Assembly: GCA_016281165.1 (NCBI GenBank)
Contig: JAEEIC010000131.1
Span: forward strand, 1-36,712
DNA from: Bacillota bacterium
GTDB lineage: Bacteria > Bacillota > Clostridia > Peptostreptococcales > Anaerovoracaceae
Direction of reading: 5' to 3'
Length of the DNA: 36,712 nt
How positions within the stretch are numbered: the stretch's first letter is position 1; each line of letters begins with the position of its first letter. Shown here one piece after another: positions 25,121 through 32,681 of the stretch. The notes beneath the pieces were generated by a model that saw nothing but the letters and a program-made list of their open reading frames with translations, made no database searches and had not been told where the DNA came from. A program made the translations under genes and the position numbers.

Positions 25121-26512
25121 ATGACAGGATCTGTAGCTATCGCAAAAATTCGTGAAGAAAAAGATAAATTCATCAAGCTGGCGAGCCAGATGTGGGAATG
25201 CCCCGAGACCGCTTACAACGAGGTGAACGCCTGCAAGTGGACGGCAGAGCTCCTTAAGGAATTCGGCTTCGAGGTCAAGACCGGCTACGCCAACCTGCCC
25301 ACCTGCGTCTGGGGCAAGTGGGGCAGCGGTCGTCCGGTGATCGGTCTTCTCGGAGAGCTCGACGCCCTCCCCGGCCTCAGCCAGAAGGTATGCACCGAGA
25401 AGGAGGCTGTAAAGGAAGGCGCTCCCGGACAGGGCTGCGGGCATAATCTGCTCGACGTCGCCTGCCTCTCCGCCGCCGTCGGCATCAAGGCGGAGCTCGA
25501 AGCGAGAAAGCTTCCCGGCACCGTCATCTTCTTCGGCTGCCCCGCCGAGGAGGTCCTTACCGGCAAGGTCTTCATGGCCAGAGAAGGAGCCTTCGACGGG
25601 CTCGACGCCGCCATCGCCTGGCACGGCGGGAGCGGCAATGACGTCAGCACCGGCAACAGCAACGGGCTCAACAGCGCCATCTTCCACTTCAAGGGAGTCA
25701 CCGCCCACGCCGGAGGCGATCCCTTCAACGGCAGGAGCGCTCTCGACGCCGCCGAGCTCATGAGCGTGGGCGCCAACTACCTGAGAGAGCACGTGACCTC
25801 CGACATCAGGATCCACTATGTATACAAGGAAGCCGGCACCGCTCCCAATATCGTTCCCGACAAGGCGTCGGTCTGGTATTACGTCAGAGGCGCCAGCCGC
25901 AAGAACATCGAGGAGACCTACGCCAGACTGGTCAAGGTCGCCGAAGGCGCGGCCCACATGACCGAGACCGAGATGGAGATCGAGTTCCTGGGCGGCTGCT
26001 ACAACAGCCTGCACAACCTGACCCTGGCCAAAGTCGCTCACGACTGCCTCGAGGAGATCGGAGTGCCCGAGTATACCGAAGAAGAGCTGGCTTTCGCCGA
26101 CGCTCTCAACAAGAAGAGCCCCAGATATGAGGGCCTCAAGCTCGCGGGCGCTCTCGACGCCGGCCCCATCGCCTCAAAGGTCGAGCCCTTCGTCGTCAAT
26201 ACCGGCGTCGGCGGAGGCTCCACCGACGTATCCGACGTCCAGCACATCTGCCCGACCGTCGAGATCAACACCGCCTGCTGGAACCTGGCCGCTCCCGGCC
26301 ACAGCTGGCAGATCACGGCCTGCTCCGGCATGTCCATCGGCTTCAAGGGCATGCTCTACGGCGGCGAGGCCTGCGCCATGACCGCCCTCAGGATGTTCGA
26401 GGATCCCGAGCTGCTCGCCAAAGCTAAGGCGGAGTTCGACGAGGCCATGAAGGGCCAGCCCTACAAGTGCCCCATCCCCAAGGAGATCCCCATCCCCCAG
26501 CCCAAGCTCTAA
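25121..26512 (+). CDS. M20-family amidohydrolase, AbgB-like, copy 2
   Basis: It has the same motif set as copy 1 (GLLGELDALPGL, GCGHNLLD, GCPAEEVLTGK, KGVTAHAGGDPFNGRSALDA, YKCPIPKEI). I place the start at ATG 25121 (AAGGAG 7 nt upstream). The track start 25091 is TTG. Confidence 0.8.
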   Translation: MTGSVAIAKIREEKDKFIKLASQMWECPETAYNEVNACKWTAELLKEFGFEVKTGYANLPTCVWGKWGSGRPVIGLLGELDALPGLSQKVCTEKEAVKEGAPGQGCGHNLLDVACLSAAVGIKAELEARKLPGTVIFFGCPAEEVLTGKVFMAREGAFDGLDAAIAWHGGSGNDVSTGNSNGLNSAIFHFKGVTAHAGGDPFNGRSALDAAELMSVGANYLREHVTSDIRIHYVYKEAGTAPNIVPDKASVWYYVRGASRKNIEETYARLVKVAEGAAHMTETEMEIEFLGGCYNSLHNLTLAKVAHDCLEEIGVPEYTEEELAFADALNKKSPRYEGLKLAGALDAGPIASKVEPFVVNTGVGGGSTDVSDVQHICPTVEINTACWNLAAPGHSWQITACSGMSIGFKGMLYGGEACAMTALRMFEDPELLAKAKAEFDEAMKGQPYKCPIPKEIPIPQPKL

Positions 26513-26556
26513 AACTCCGGCACAGACCGGCTCAGCGAGGCCGGTATGACAAGACA

Positions 26557-26598
26557 GCAAGACCCCGCGCGCTTACCGCGCCGGGGCCTTGCTTTTGG
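26557..26598 (+). terminator. terminator after AbgB-like copy 2
   Basis: GCAAGACCCCGCGCG-CTTAC-CGCGCCGGGGCCTTGC (imperfect) followed by TTTTGG. Confidence 0.5.
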
Positions 26599-26708
26599 AT
26601 AACATAATAAGATTTATGTTAATAGCCTTGATGATTCATCGTTTATACTATCAATAGAAGGCCGCGTCTGGGCGGTTCTTCGTTCCGCTCATCTCTACTC
26701 AAAGCCTA

Positions 26709-27809
26709 TTACTGCTTATCGAAGGGGAAGCCCTGCCAGACGTTCTTTCCCGTGTATGCGCGGGCCTTCGCTTCGCCTCTGATGACTTTCATGACCTCGT
26801 CGTGCAGGGTCTGCTGCTCCACCTCGCCCTGATAGACGGTGACGGGCGCGATCCAGCCGCAGCGTTCCTTAATCTTTTCCACCAGGTCGTCAAAGCGGCA
26901 CAGCCCTCCGGTGAGGAGTATGCCGTCTACCCTGCCGCAAAGCACGGAGCTCATGGCGCCGATGTCCTTGCAGATCTGGTATATCATGGCGTCCCAGACC
27001 AACCGCGCCTTCAAGTCTCCCTCTTCGGCCATTTTGTGGACGACGTCGGAGTTCGCGGTCCCGAAGAAGCTGACGAAGCCGCCCTTGCGCCAGCACATGA
27101 GCCTCACCTCTTCGATGGAGTGCTTCTCGGCGTAGTCGAGCACCGCCATCACGGGCACGCTGCCCAGTCTGGTGGGTGTGAATGGTCCGTCTCCGGCCGA
27201 TCCCACGTTGCAGTCTATCATGCGCCCGTTCTGATGCGCGGCGACGGTGACGCCGCCGTCGATGTGCGCGACGACGAAGCTGCAGTCCTCGTAGCTCCTG
27301 CCGATGTTCTTCGCGTGGAGTCTCGCGACGCCCTTCTGGTTCAGGGTGTGGGACTGGGCGTTCCTGTAGACTCCCTCGATGCCGGTGAAACGGGCGAGAT
27401 CGCAGAGCTCGTCGACATTGGTGGGATCCATGGTGTACATCTTTCCCCCGAATTCGCTGCAGAGCTCGTAGGCTATCATCACGCCGAGCTTGGCCGCGTG
27501 CTCGCTGCCGCCGACCGCGTCTCTCGTATGCTCGTAGAGCAGCCTGTCGATGACGGTAACGCCGGATTCCTGCGTGCAGGCGCTGCCCCCTCTGCCGACG
27601 TAGACGTCGATATCGGCAGGCCTGAAGCCCCTTTGCGCCAGCATATCGAGTATCAGCTGTTTTCTGAAGGGGACCTGGTCGTTGACGGTCTTATATGAAA
27701 GGAGCTGGGGAGCGTCATGGAAGACGCTCTCTTCGAAGATCTCCTCATCATCCCTGTAGAGACTGACCTTGGTGGACGTAGAGCCCGGATTTATAATGAG
27801 CAGCAGCAT
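26709..27809 (-). CDS. buk: butyrate kinase (ASKHA family)
   Basis: MLLLIINPGSTSTKVSLY..., GRGG, EHAAKLG, DPTNVDEL, HTLNQKGVAR, VAHIDGGVTVAAH and LTGGL fit the Buk pattern. I place the start at ATG 27809 (GGAGG 5 nt upstream). The track's extra 33 N-terminal codons have no support. Confidence 0.85.
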   Translation of the reverse strand: MLLLIINPGSTSTKVSLYRDDEEIFEESVFHDAPQLLSYKTVNDQVPFRKQLILDMLAQRGFRPADIDVYVGRGGSACTQESGVTVIDRLLYEHTRDAVGGSEHAAKLGVMIAYELCSEFGGKMYTMDPTNVDELCDLARFTGIEGVYRNAQSHTLNQKGVARLHAKNIGRSYEDCSFVVAHIDGGVTVAAHQNGRMIDCNVGSAGDGPFTPTRLGSVPVMAVLDYAEKHSIEEVRLMCWRKGGFVSFFGTANSDVVHKMAEEGDLKARLVWDAMIYQICKDIGAMSSVLCGRVDGILLTGGLCRFDDLVEKIKERCGWIAPVTVYQGEVEQQTLHDEVMKVIRGEAKARAYTGKNVWQGFPFDKQ

Positions 27810-27972
27810 AATTCCTCCGCGTCGGTGACCTGAAAGCGATATGTAAGTCAGAACTGTGTCCGGCAGCGGCGATCCGCGCAGACTCAAATATTTTACACCG
27901 TTTCCCATTTAAATAAAAGACCTTTATCGGCCGCGGGCCCCCGCTTTTTATCCGCCGTCAAGCGCCCTCTTC

Positions 27973-28015
27973 AAAAAAAAGGAGCCCGTCCCCGGCGATC
28001 CCGGGAACGGGGCTC
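27973..28015 (-). terminator. rho-independent terminator of the dipeptidase/membrane-protein operon
   Basis: In minus-strand sense: GAGCCCCGTTCCCGG-GATCG-CCGGGGACGGGCTC followed by CTTTTTTTTG. Confidence 0.7.
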
Positions 28016-28051
28016 AGTCATATACTTGTTGATCTGTCCTGCGGGAGATGT

Positions 28052-29047
28052 TTATTTCATCGCTTCCCTGATGACCCTCATGGCGTTGTTCCTGAAGATC
28101 ATGTCGATCTGGGCCTCGGTGAAGGACTTCTCCCTGAGGGCTGAAGCGAGTATATCCATCTTAGTCGGGTCGCCCACCTCCAGCTCGCCTTCGATGCCGT
28201 CGAAATCGGTGCCTAAAGCGACGCAGCCGACCCCGCCGACGTCTGCCATATGGCGGGCGTGAGAGGCGATGAGCGCGGCGGTCGAGCTCTTGGCGTTCAG
28301 ATCCTCATTGAGGAACTCGGGGCCGAAGTTGAGGCCCGCGACCCCGCCGGCATTGCCGAGGGTCCTGATCATATCGTCAGTCAGGTTCCTCTGATGGGGG
28401 CTGAGGGCGCGGCAGTTGGAATGGGTCGCGACGAAGGGCTTTCTGCAGATGTCGGCGACGTCATAGAAGCCGCCGTCGGACAGATGGCTCACGTCGACGA
28501 GCATGCCCAGCTCCTGCATATAGTACACCGCGTCCCTGCCGAAATCGGTTAGTCCCCTGCTCATGACCGCGGGGTCCTTCGAGTTGGGGGAGCCGAAGCA
28601 GTTCTCCATGTTCCAGGTGAGGCTCAGGGCCCTTACTCCCATATCGTAGAAGCGCCTGATGTTGTCCATACGGCCCTGCACCGCCCTTCCGTCCTCCATG
28701 GTGAGGACAGCGGAGACCTTTCCTTCGGTGAAGTTGCGGCAGATCTCGTCCGCGCAGGAAGCCGCGGCCGCGATGCCGCTGTGCGCGGCCAGGCTCTGCC
28801 TGAAGATGCGGGCGCAGCCTTCGATATATTCCTCGTCGCTCAGGGGCTCGGAAAGACCGAAGTACTTTTCCGCTCCCACCGGGAGAAGGAAGATGGCGAA
28901 GAACTGGGCCGCCGCGTCGGCCCTGTGAAGACGGTCGAGGTCCACGGAGCCCGGCATCGAGAAGATGTCGGCCTTTTCCAGGCTGTTCCTGTTCTTCAGG
29001 AAAGCGTGCATCAAAGTATCGCAGTGCATATCGATGGTATGCATCAT
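28052..29047 (-). CDS. membrane-dipeptidase-family (M19) zinc dipeptidase
   Basis: MMHTIDMHCDTL has the H-x-D zinc ligands. LSLTWN, VDVSHLSD, ATHSN and LGTDFDG are typical M19 blocks. Confidence 0.85.
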   Translation of the reverse strand: MMHTIDMHCDTLMHAFLKNRNSLEKADIFSMPGSVDLDRLHRADAAAQFFAIFLLPVGAEKYFGLSEPLSDEEYIEGCARIFRQSLAAHSGIAAAASCADEICRNFTEGKVSAVLTMEDGRAVQGRMDNIRRFYDMGVRALSLTWNMENCFGSPNSKDPAVMSRGLTDFGRDAVYYMQELGMLVDVSHLSDGGFYDVADICRKPFVATHSNCRALSPHQRNLTDDMIRTLGNAGGVAGLNFGPEFLNEDLNAKSSTAALIASHARHMADVGGVGCVALGTDFDGIEGELEVGDPTKMDILASALREKSFTEAQIDMIFRNNAMRVIREAMK

Positions 29048-29061
29048 GGTCCTCCTTATCT

Positions 29062-29811
29062 TTATTTATCGGCAGTCTCAGCCTTCTTCAGGTCGTTCCT
29101 GTAGATGAAGTAGCCGACCAGGATGGAGCCGCCTACGGCGACAGCCATTCCCCAGGCGAAGAGAGAGGGGAAGAACTTGTTGCATACGAGCCAGGCGCAG
29201 ATACCGACGGCGATATAGGGGATGACGCCGACGAGGTTCTTTACGACGGCGGAGCCGGAAGCCTTGCCCACGCCCAGGTTCATGCAGATCATGGAGCCCA
29301 GCATGGCGACCACGCAGAAGCCGAAGGCGGAGAGCACGGTCTCGGGCAGGATGGAGATCACGAACTGGCCGGCCAGAACGATGGCGAGCAGTATGATCAG
29401 GTTCACGACGACGGAGGATACGATACCTACTACGGTAGCGACCTGACCGCGCGGAGTGGTGATGTCAGTGTTGAGGTTCTTCTGCACGGCTGTAGCGACG
29501 GGGAATCTCATCCCGCCGACGTTGCCGGACAGATAGGCGATGTAGGTACCGGCGCTTCCGAGGACGGGCCAGTAGGCCTCAGGCTCGCTGATCCACATAC
29601 CGAAGCCGATGGCGGCGATGCCGCTTATGCCGCTGATGTAGGTGGACATGGGAAGAGTATATCCCTTGACGAAGAAATAGTAGAGCCAGGGCAGGAAGCA
29701 GAGCAGCATGGCTACGGCCATAGTGATCCTGCCGATGCGGTGTACCGCCGGCATGTAGCTCTCGCGGTAATCCTGCTCCGGAGTCATGTTCTTATTGTTG
29801 TTTTCGCTCAT
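29062..29811 (-). CDS. uncharacterised polytopic membrane protein (about 7 TM)
   Basis: 249 aa from ATG 29811 (AGGTGA 5 nt upstream). Hydrophobic helices run throughout, and I recognise no catalytic or transporter signature. Confidence 0.55.
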   Translation of the reverse strand: MSENNNKNMTPEQDYRESYMPAVHRIGRITMAVAMLLCFLPWLYYFFVKGYTLPMSTYISGISGIAAIGFGMWISEPEAYWPVLGSAGTYIAYLSGNVGGMRFPVATAVQKNLNTDITTPRGQVATVVGIVSSVVVNLIILLAIVLAGQFVISILPETVLSAFGFCVVAMLGSMICMNLGVGKASGSAVVKNLVGVIPYIAVGICAWLVCNKFFPSLFAWGMAVAVGGSILVGYFIYRNDLKKAETADK

Positions 29812-29851
29812 TTTGATCACCTTGATAATCCTTTCTTAAGTCTGACCGCTG

Positions 29852-30565
29852 TCATGCCATGATCATGGATGCGACCTGGCCCGCGACCATGCCGAATATC
29901 ATGGCGATACCGATGCTGAGGCTGCTCATCATCGGGCTCTTCGCCTTGGTGGACGCGGACTCCCAGATGAAATAACCGAGCCCGGCGGCGATGATGGCGA
30001 TGACCGAGGTCGGCTTGCTGATGTAATCCATGATCGAATAAGTGAGCAGGCCGAACATAGCGCTCTTGGACAGATAAGGCATGAAGGAGATCTTCCTGTT
30101 GGAGGACTTGCTCTTCTCTACCATGTTGTCAAGGGGCTTGAGCATGATGAAGGTGTTGATGAAGTAAGGAGCGCTGCCCAGTACCATGCAGAAGATGGCA
30201 AAGGTGAACACAGCGTGAGTGAAGCCCTCTCCGCCCAGAGTGACTCCGGCGGCGGAAGCGGCGATATTGGCCATGTAGAGCTCCCACATGGGGGCGCCGA
30301 TGACTCCGCAGCGCATGAAGGTGGTGGCGGAGCCTACCATGGCGATGAGGCTCAGGGCGACGACTATGGTGTTGATGGAAGGACCGACAGCGGCCACCGC
30401 GCCGGTGCGGACGGCGCCGTTGATCTCGTCCTTGCTGATGAGATCATGCTTCCTGTTGAAGCTGAGCGCCAGGCGCAGGAACAGGAAAGACTGTACGAGT
30501 ACCAGTGAGATCAGAACGGCCGCGAATCCCCACAGAGTACCGTTCATGCTCTGAATAACATCCAT
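29852..30565 (-). CDS. uncharacterised polytopic membrane protein (about 6-7 TM; possibly DUF5058-like)
   Basis: 237 aa from ATG 30565 (GGAGG 10 nt upstream). It is the first gene of the operon. The DUF5058 resemblance is from memory only. Confidence 0.55.
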   Translation of the reverse strand: MDVIQSMNGTLWGFAAVLISLVLVQSFLFLRLALSFNRKHDLISKDEINGAVRTGAVAAVGPSINTIVVALSLIAMVGSATTFMRCGVIGAPMWELYMANIAASAAGVTLGGEGFTHAVFTFAIFCMVLGSAPYFINTFIMLKPLDNMVEKSKSSNRKISFMPYLSKSAMFGLLTYSIMDYISKPTSVIAIIAAGLGYFIWESASTKAKSPMMSSLSIGIAMIFGMVAGQVASMIMA

Positions 30566-30693
30566 TAAAATGATTCCTCCGTAAAATAATAACTGTGTAG
30601 GTTCCGTATGACGGAACAAGCTGTTCTCAGATCCCTGCTCCGTGCCTATGAGACAGGACCTGCCCGTTCCTCCTTCCGAAAATATCGCTTGAC

Positions 30694-30723
30694 GTTAAGC
30701 ACATTAATTGTTAAGCTACTTAA
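30694..30723. promoter_or_regulatory. candidate operator: GTTAAGC direct repeat plus a TTAAG-N3-CTTAA palindrome
   Basis: GTTAAGC occurs at 30694..30700 and 30710..30716. The palindrome TTAAGCTACTTAA is at 30711..30723, abutting the -10 of the membrane-operon promoter. It lies in the marR-divergent intergenic region. Confidence 0.3.
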
Positions 30724-30751
30724 TAATAAGAGCGATGATCCGATATGTCAA
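30723..30751 (-). promoter_or_regulatory. candidate sigma-A promoter of the membrane-protein/dipeptidase operon
   Basis: On the minus strand: TTGACA, a 17-nt spacer, then TATTAT. This implies a 5' leader of about 150 nt. Confidence 0.4.
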
Positions 30752-30816
30752 TAGGATTATTCGTTCCTTTGAAAAACTTCTGCACTTCGGCCTTTGTCGC
30801 GGCGGATATCAGGTAT

Positions 30817-30845
30817 TTGATTTTACGCGGGCGATGTTGTATCAT
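30817..30845 (+). promoter_or_regulatory. candidate sigma-A promoter of marR
   Basis: TTGATT, a 17-nt spacer, then TATCAT, 35 nt upstream of ATG 30881. Confidence 0.4.
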
Positions 30846-30880
30846 TTTTTGTATCGATAGATCTGGCGGTGAGATGGAAT

Positions 30881-31348
30881 ATGAAAAAAGAAGAACTGTT
30901 CGATGAGCTCTGGAGCCTGCAGCTGAGCACATATGCCGGAGTCCTGGACTATCTGTCCATACCCTTTCATTTCGAGGGTTCATGCTTATATCAGGCGGAG
31001 AACCATATCATAAACTGGATAGGCCATGAGCCGGGGATCACTATCTCCAAGCTGTCCGAGGTCCTCAGAAAGACTCCCAGCGCCTGCTCCCAGATAGTAA
31101 AAAAGCTCGTCGGCTCCGGCATCGTCGTGCAGATCAGGAACTCTTCCAATCTGCGTGTCTACAATCTTTACCTGACCGATAAAGGAAATGAGATCCTTAA
31201 CAAGCAGATCGAGCAGAACAAACGCTGCCAGAAGATAATCGTCGATGTGCTCAAAGACATCAGCGACGAAGATATCAGGATCTACATGGAGGTCCAGAAA
31301 AGGATCAACGAAGGATACCGTAAGTACCAGAGCACACTGGGCGAGTGA
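30881..31348 (+). CDS. MarR-family transcriptional regulator
   Basis: 155 aa with a winged-HTH segment (ITISKLSEVLRKTPSACSQIVKKLVGSGIVVQIRNSSNLRVYNLYLTDKG). It is divergent from the membrane-protein operon. Confidence 0.8.
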   Translation: MKKEELFDELWSLQLSTYAGVLDYLSIPFHFEGSCLYQAENHIINWIGHEPGITISKLSEVLRKTPSACSQIVKKLVGSGIVVQIRNSSNLRVYNLYLTDKGNEILNKQIEQNKRCQKIIVDVLKDISDEDIRIYMEVQKRINEGYRKYQSTLGE

Positions 31349-31371
31349 ACGGACCGCTTAGCCTTAAAGGA

Positions 31372-31420
31372 TAAAAATATCCCGCCGGAGGACTGCTCCT
31401 CCCGGCGGGATCGTTTTTTG
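31372..31420. terminator. bidirectional rho-independent terminator (marR on +, dnaJ on -)
   Basis: ATCCCGCCGGAGGA-CTGC-TCCTCCCGGCGGGAT is flanked by AAAAATA on the left and TTTTTTG on the right. Confidence 0.7.
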
Positions 31421-31435
31421 CGTCTGTATCAGGGC

Positions 31436-32581
31436 CTATTTGAAGAGGTCTTTGAGCGTTTCCGTGAATTTTTTCCTTTTTGAGTAACCCTCGGAGGCGC
31501 TGACCTCGCCGAACTGGCGTATCAGCTCCTTCTGGGCCGCGGTGAGCTTGGTCGGGACCTCAAGGTCGAGGACCACGAAGAGGTCGCCTGGGACGCCTGT
31601 CCTGACGTTGGGAACGCCCTTGCCTCTGAGCCTCATCACGGTCCCGGGCTGAGTGCCCGGCGCCACCTTGCAGCTGAGCTTCTCCTTCAGTCCGGGCACG
31701 CTGATCTCGTCGCCGAGAGCGGCCTGAGTGAAGGTGATGGGCACGGTCACGCGAAGATCGCTGCCCTTCCGCTCGAAGACCTGACTGCTCCCTACCGAAA
31801 GGACTATGTAAAGATCGCCGTTCGGTCCGCCGTGATAGCCGGGCTGTCCCTGGCCTCTCAAGGTGATCACCGAACCGTTGTCCACGCCGGCGGGGATATC
31901 GACGGTGAGATTGAGGGTCTTCCTCACCCTGCCGGTGCCGCCGCAGTCGGGACAGGGAGTCTCTATGACCTCGCCGGTGCCGCCGCAGTCGGGACAGTCG
32001 CTCACGACCTGGGTCTGGCCCCAGAAGCCCGATCTCACCCTGCGCACGCGGCCGCTGCCGCCGCAGGCCGGACACTTCTTCTTGGCCGTACCGGGAGCCG
32101 CGCCGCTGCCGCCGCACTTCTCGCAGGTGACGTCCTTGGTCAGGCGTATCTCCTTCCGGCAGCCGAACACAGCCTCATTGAAGCTTATATTCATGTTGCG
32201 GCGTATGTCGTCGCCCTGCATGGGACCGCTCGAAGCCCGGCCGCCGAAGGCGTCCCCTCCGAAACCGCCCATACCTCCGAACATGTTGAATATATCCTCA
32301 AACCCGAAGCCCTGGCCGGAGAAGCCTCCACCGAAGCCCTGAGCGTTGGGATCGACGCCGGCAAAGCCGAAGCGGTCGTATTTATCTTTCTTGTCGGGGT
32401 CAGAGAGCACCGAATAAGCTTCGTTGATCTCCTTGAACTTTTCCTCGGCCTTTTTATCGCCCGGATTCCTGTCCGGATGATACTTCATGGCCATCTTTCT
32501 GTACGCGGATTTTATCGCGGATTCGTCGGCGCCCTTCTGCAGGCCCAGCACCTCATAATAATCGCGTTTTTCCTCTGCCAT
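31436..32581 (-). CDS. dnaJ: molecular chaperone DnaJ
   Basis: The J-domain has HPD (KYHPDRNPGD). A G/F-rich linker is followed by four CxxCxGxG motifs (CEKCGGSG, CPACGGSG, CPDCGGTG twice). Confidence 0.95.
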   Translation of the reverse strand: MAEEKRDYYEVLGLQKGADESAIKSAYRKMAMKYHPDRNPGDKKAEEKFKEINEAYSVLSDPDKKDKYDRFGFAGVDPNAQGFGGGFSGQGFGFEDIFNMFGGMGGFGGDAFGGRASSGPMQGDDIRRNMNISFNEAVFGCRKEIRLTKDVTCEKCGGSGAAPGTAKKKCPACGGSGRVRRVRSGFWGQTQVVSDCPDCGGTGEVIETPCPDCGGTGRVRKTLNLTVDIPAGVDNGSVITLRGQGQPGYHGGPNGDLYIVLSVGSSQVFERKGSDLRVTVPITFTQAALGDEISVPGLKEKLSCKVAPGTQPGTVMRLRGKGVPNVRTGVPGDLFVVLDLEVPTKLTAAQKELIRQFGEVSASEGYSKRKKFTETLKDLFK

Positions 32582-32604
32582 CTTGTACTCCGTATCCTGA
32601 CACA

Positions 32605-32627
32605 GCCCCTGCCTAAAGACAGGGGCC
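32605..32627 (-). other. stable hairpin in the dnaK-dnaJ intergenic region
   Basis: In minus-strand sense: GCCCCTGTC-TTTA-GGCAGGGGC with no following U-tract. It is probably an mRNA processing or stability element rather than a terminator. Confidence 0.3.
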
Positions 32628-32681
32628 TATCAGTCAGTTATTTTCGCGTCCGTTCCTGCATATCAGGTCCGTCCGTCTTTT

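Noticed and set aside
26601-26620. The inverted repeat AACATAA-N6-TTATGTT and nearby promoter-like hexamers between the AbgB-like gene and buk.
   Set aside because: This is a short AT-rich stem in a convergent terminator zone. No gene lies downstream on either strand, so it is likely fortuitous.
30720-30983. An 87-aa minus-strand ORF in the marR-divergent region.
   Set aside because: It overlaps the marR start and both promoters. It has no RBS and no recognisable features.
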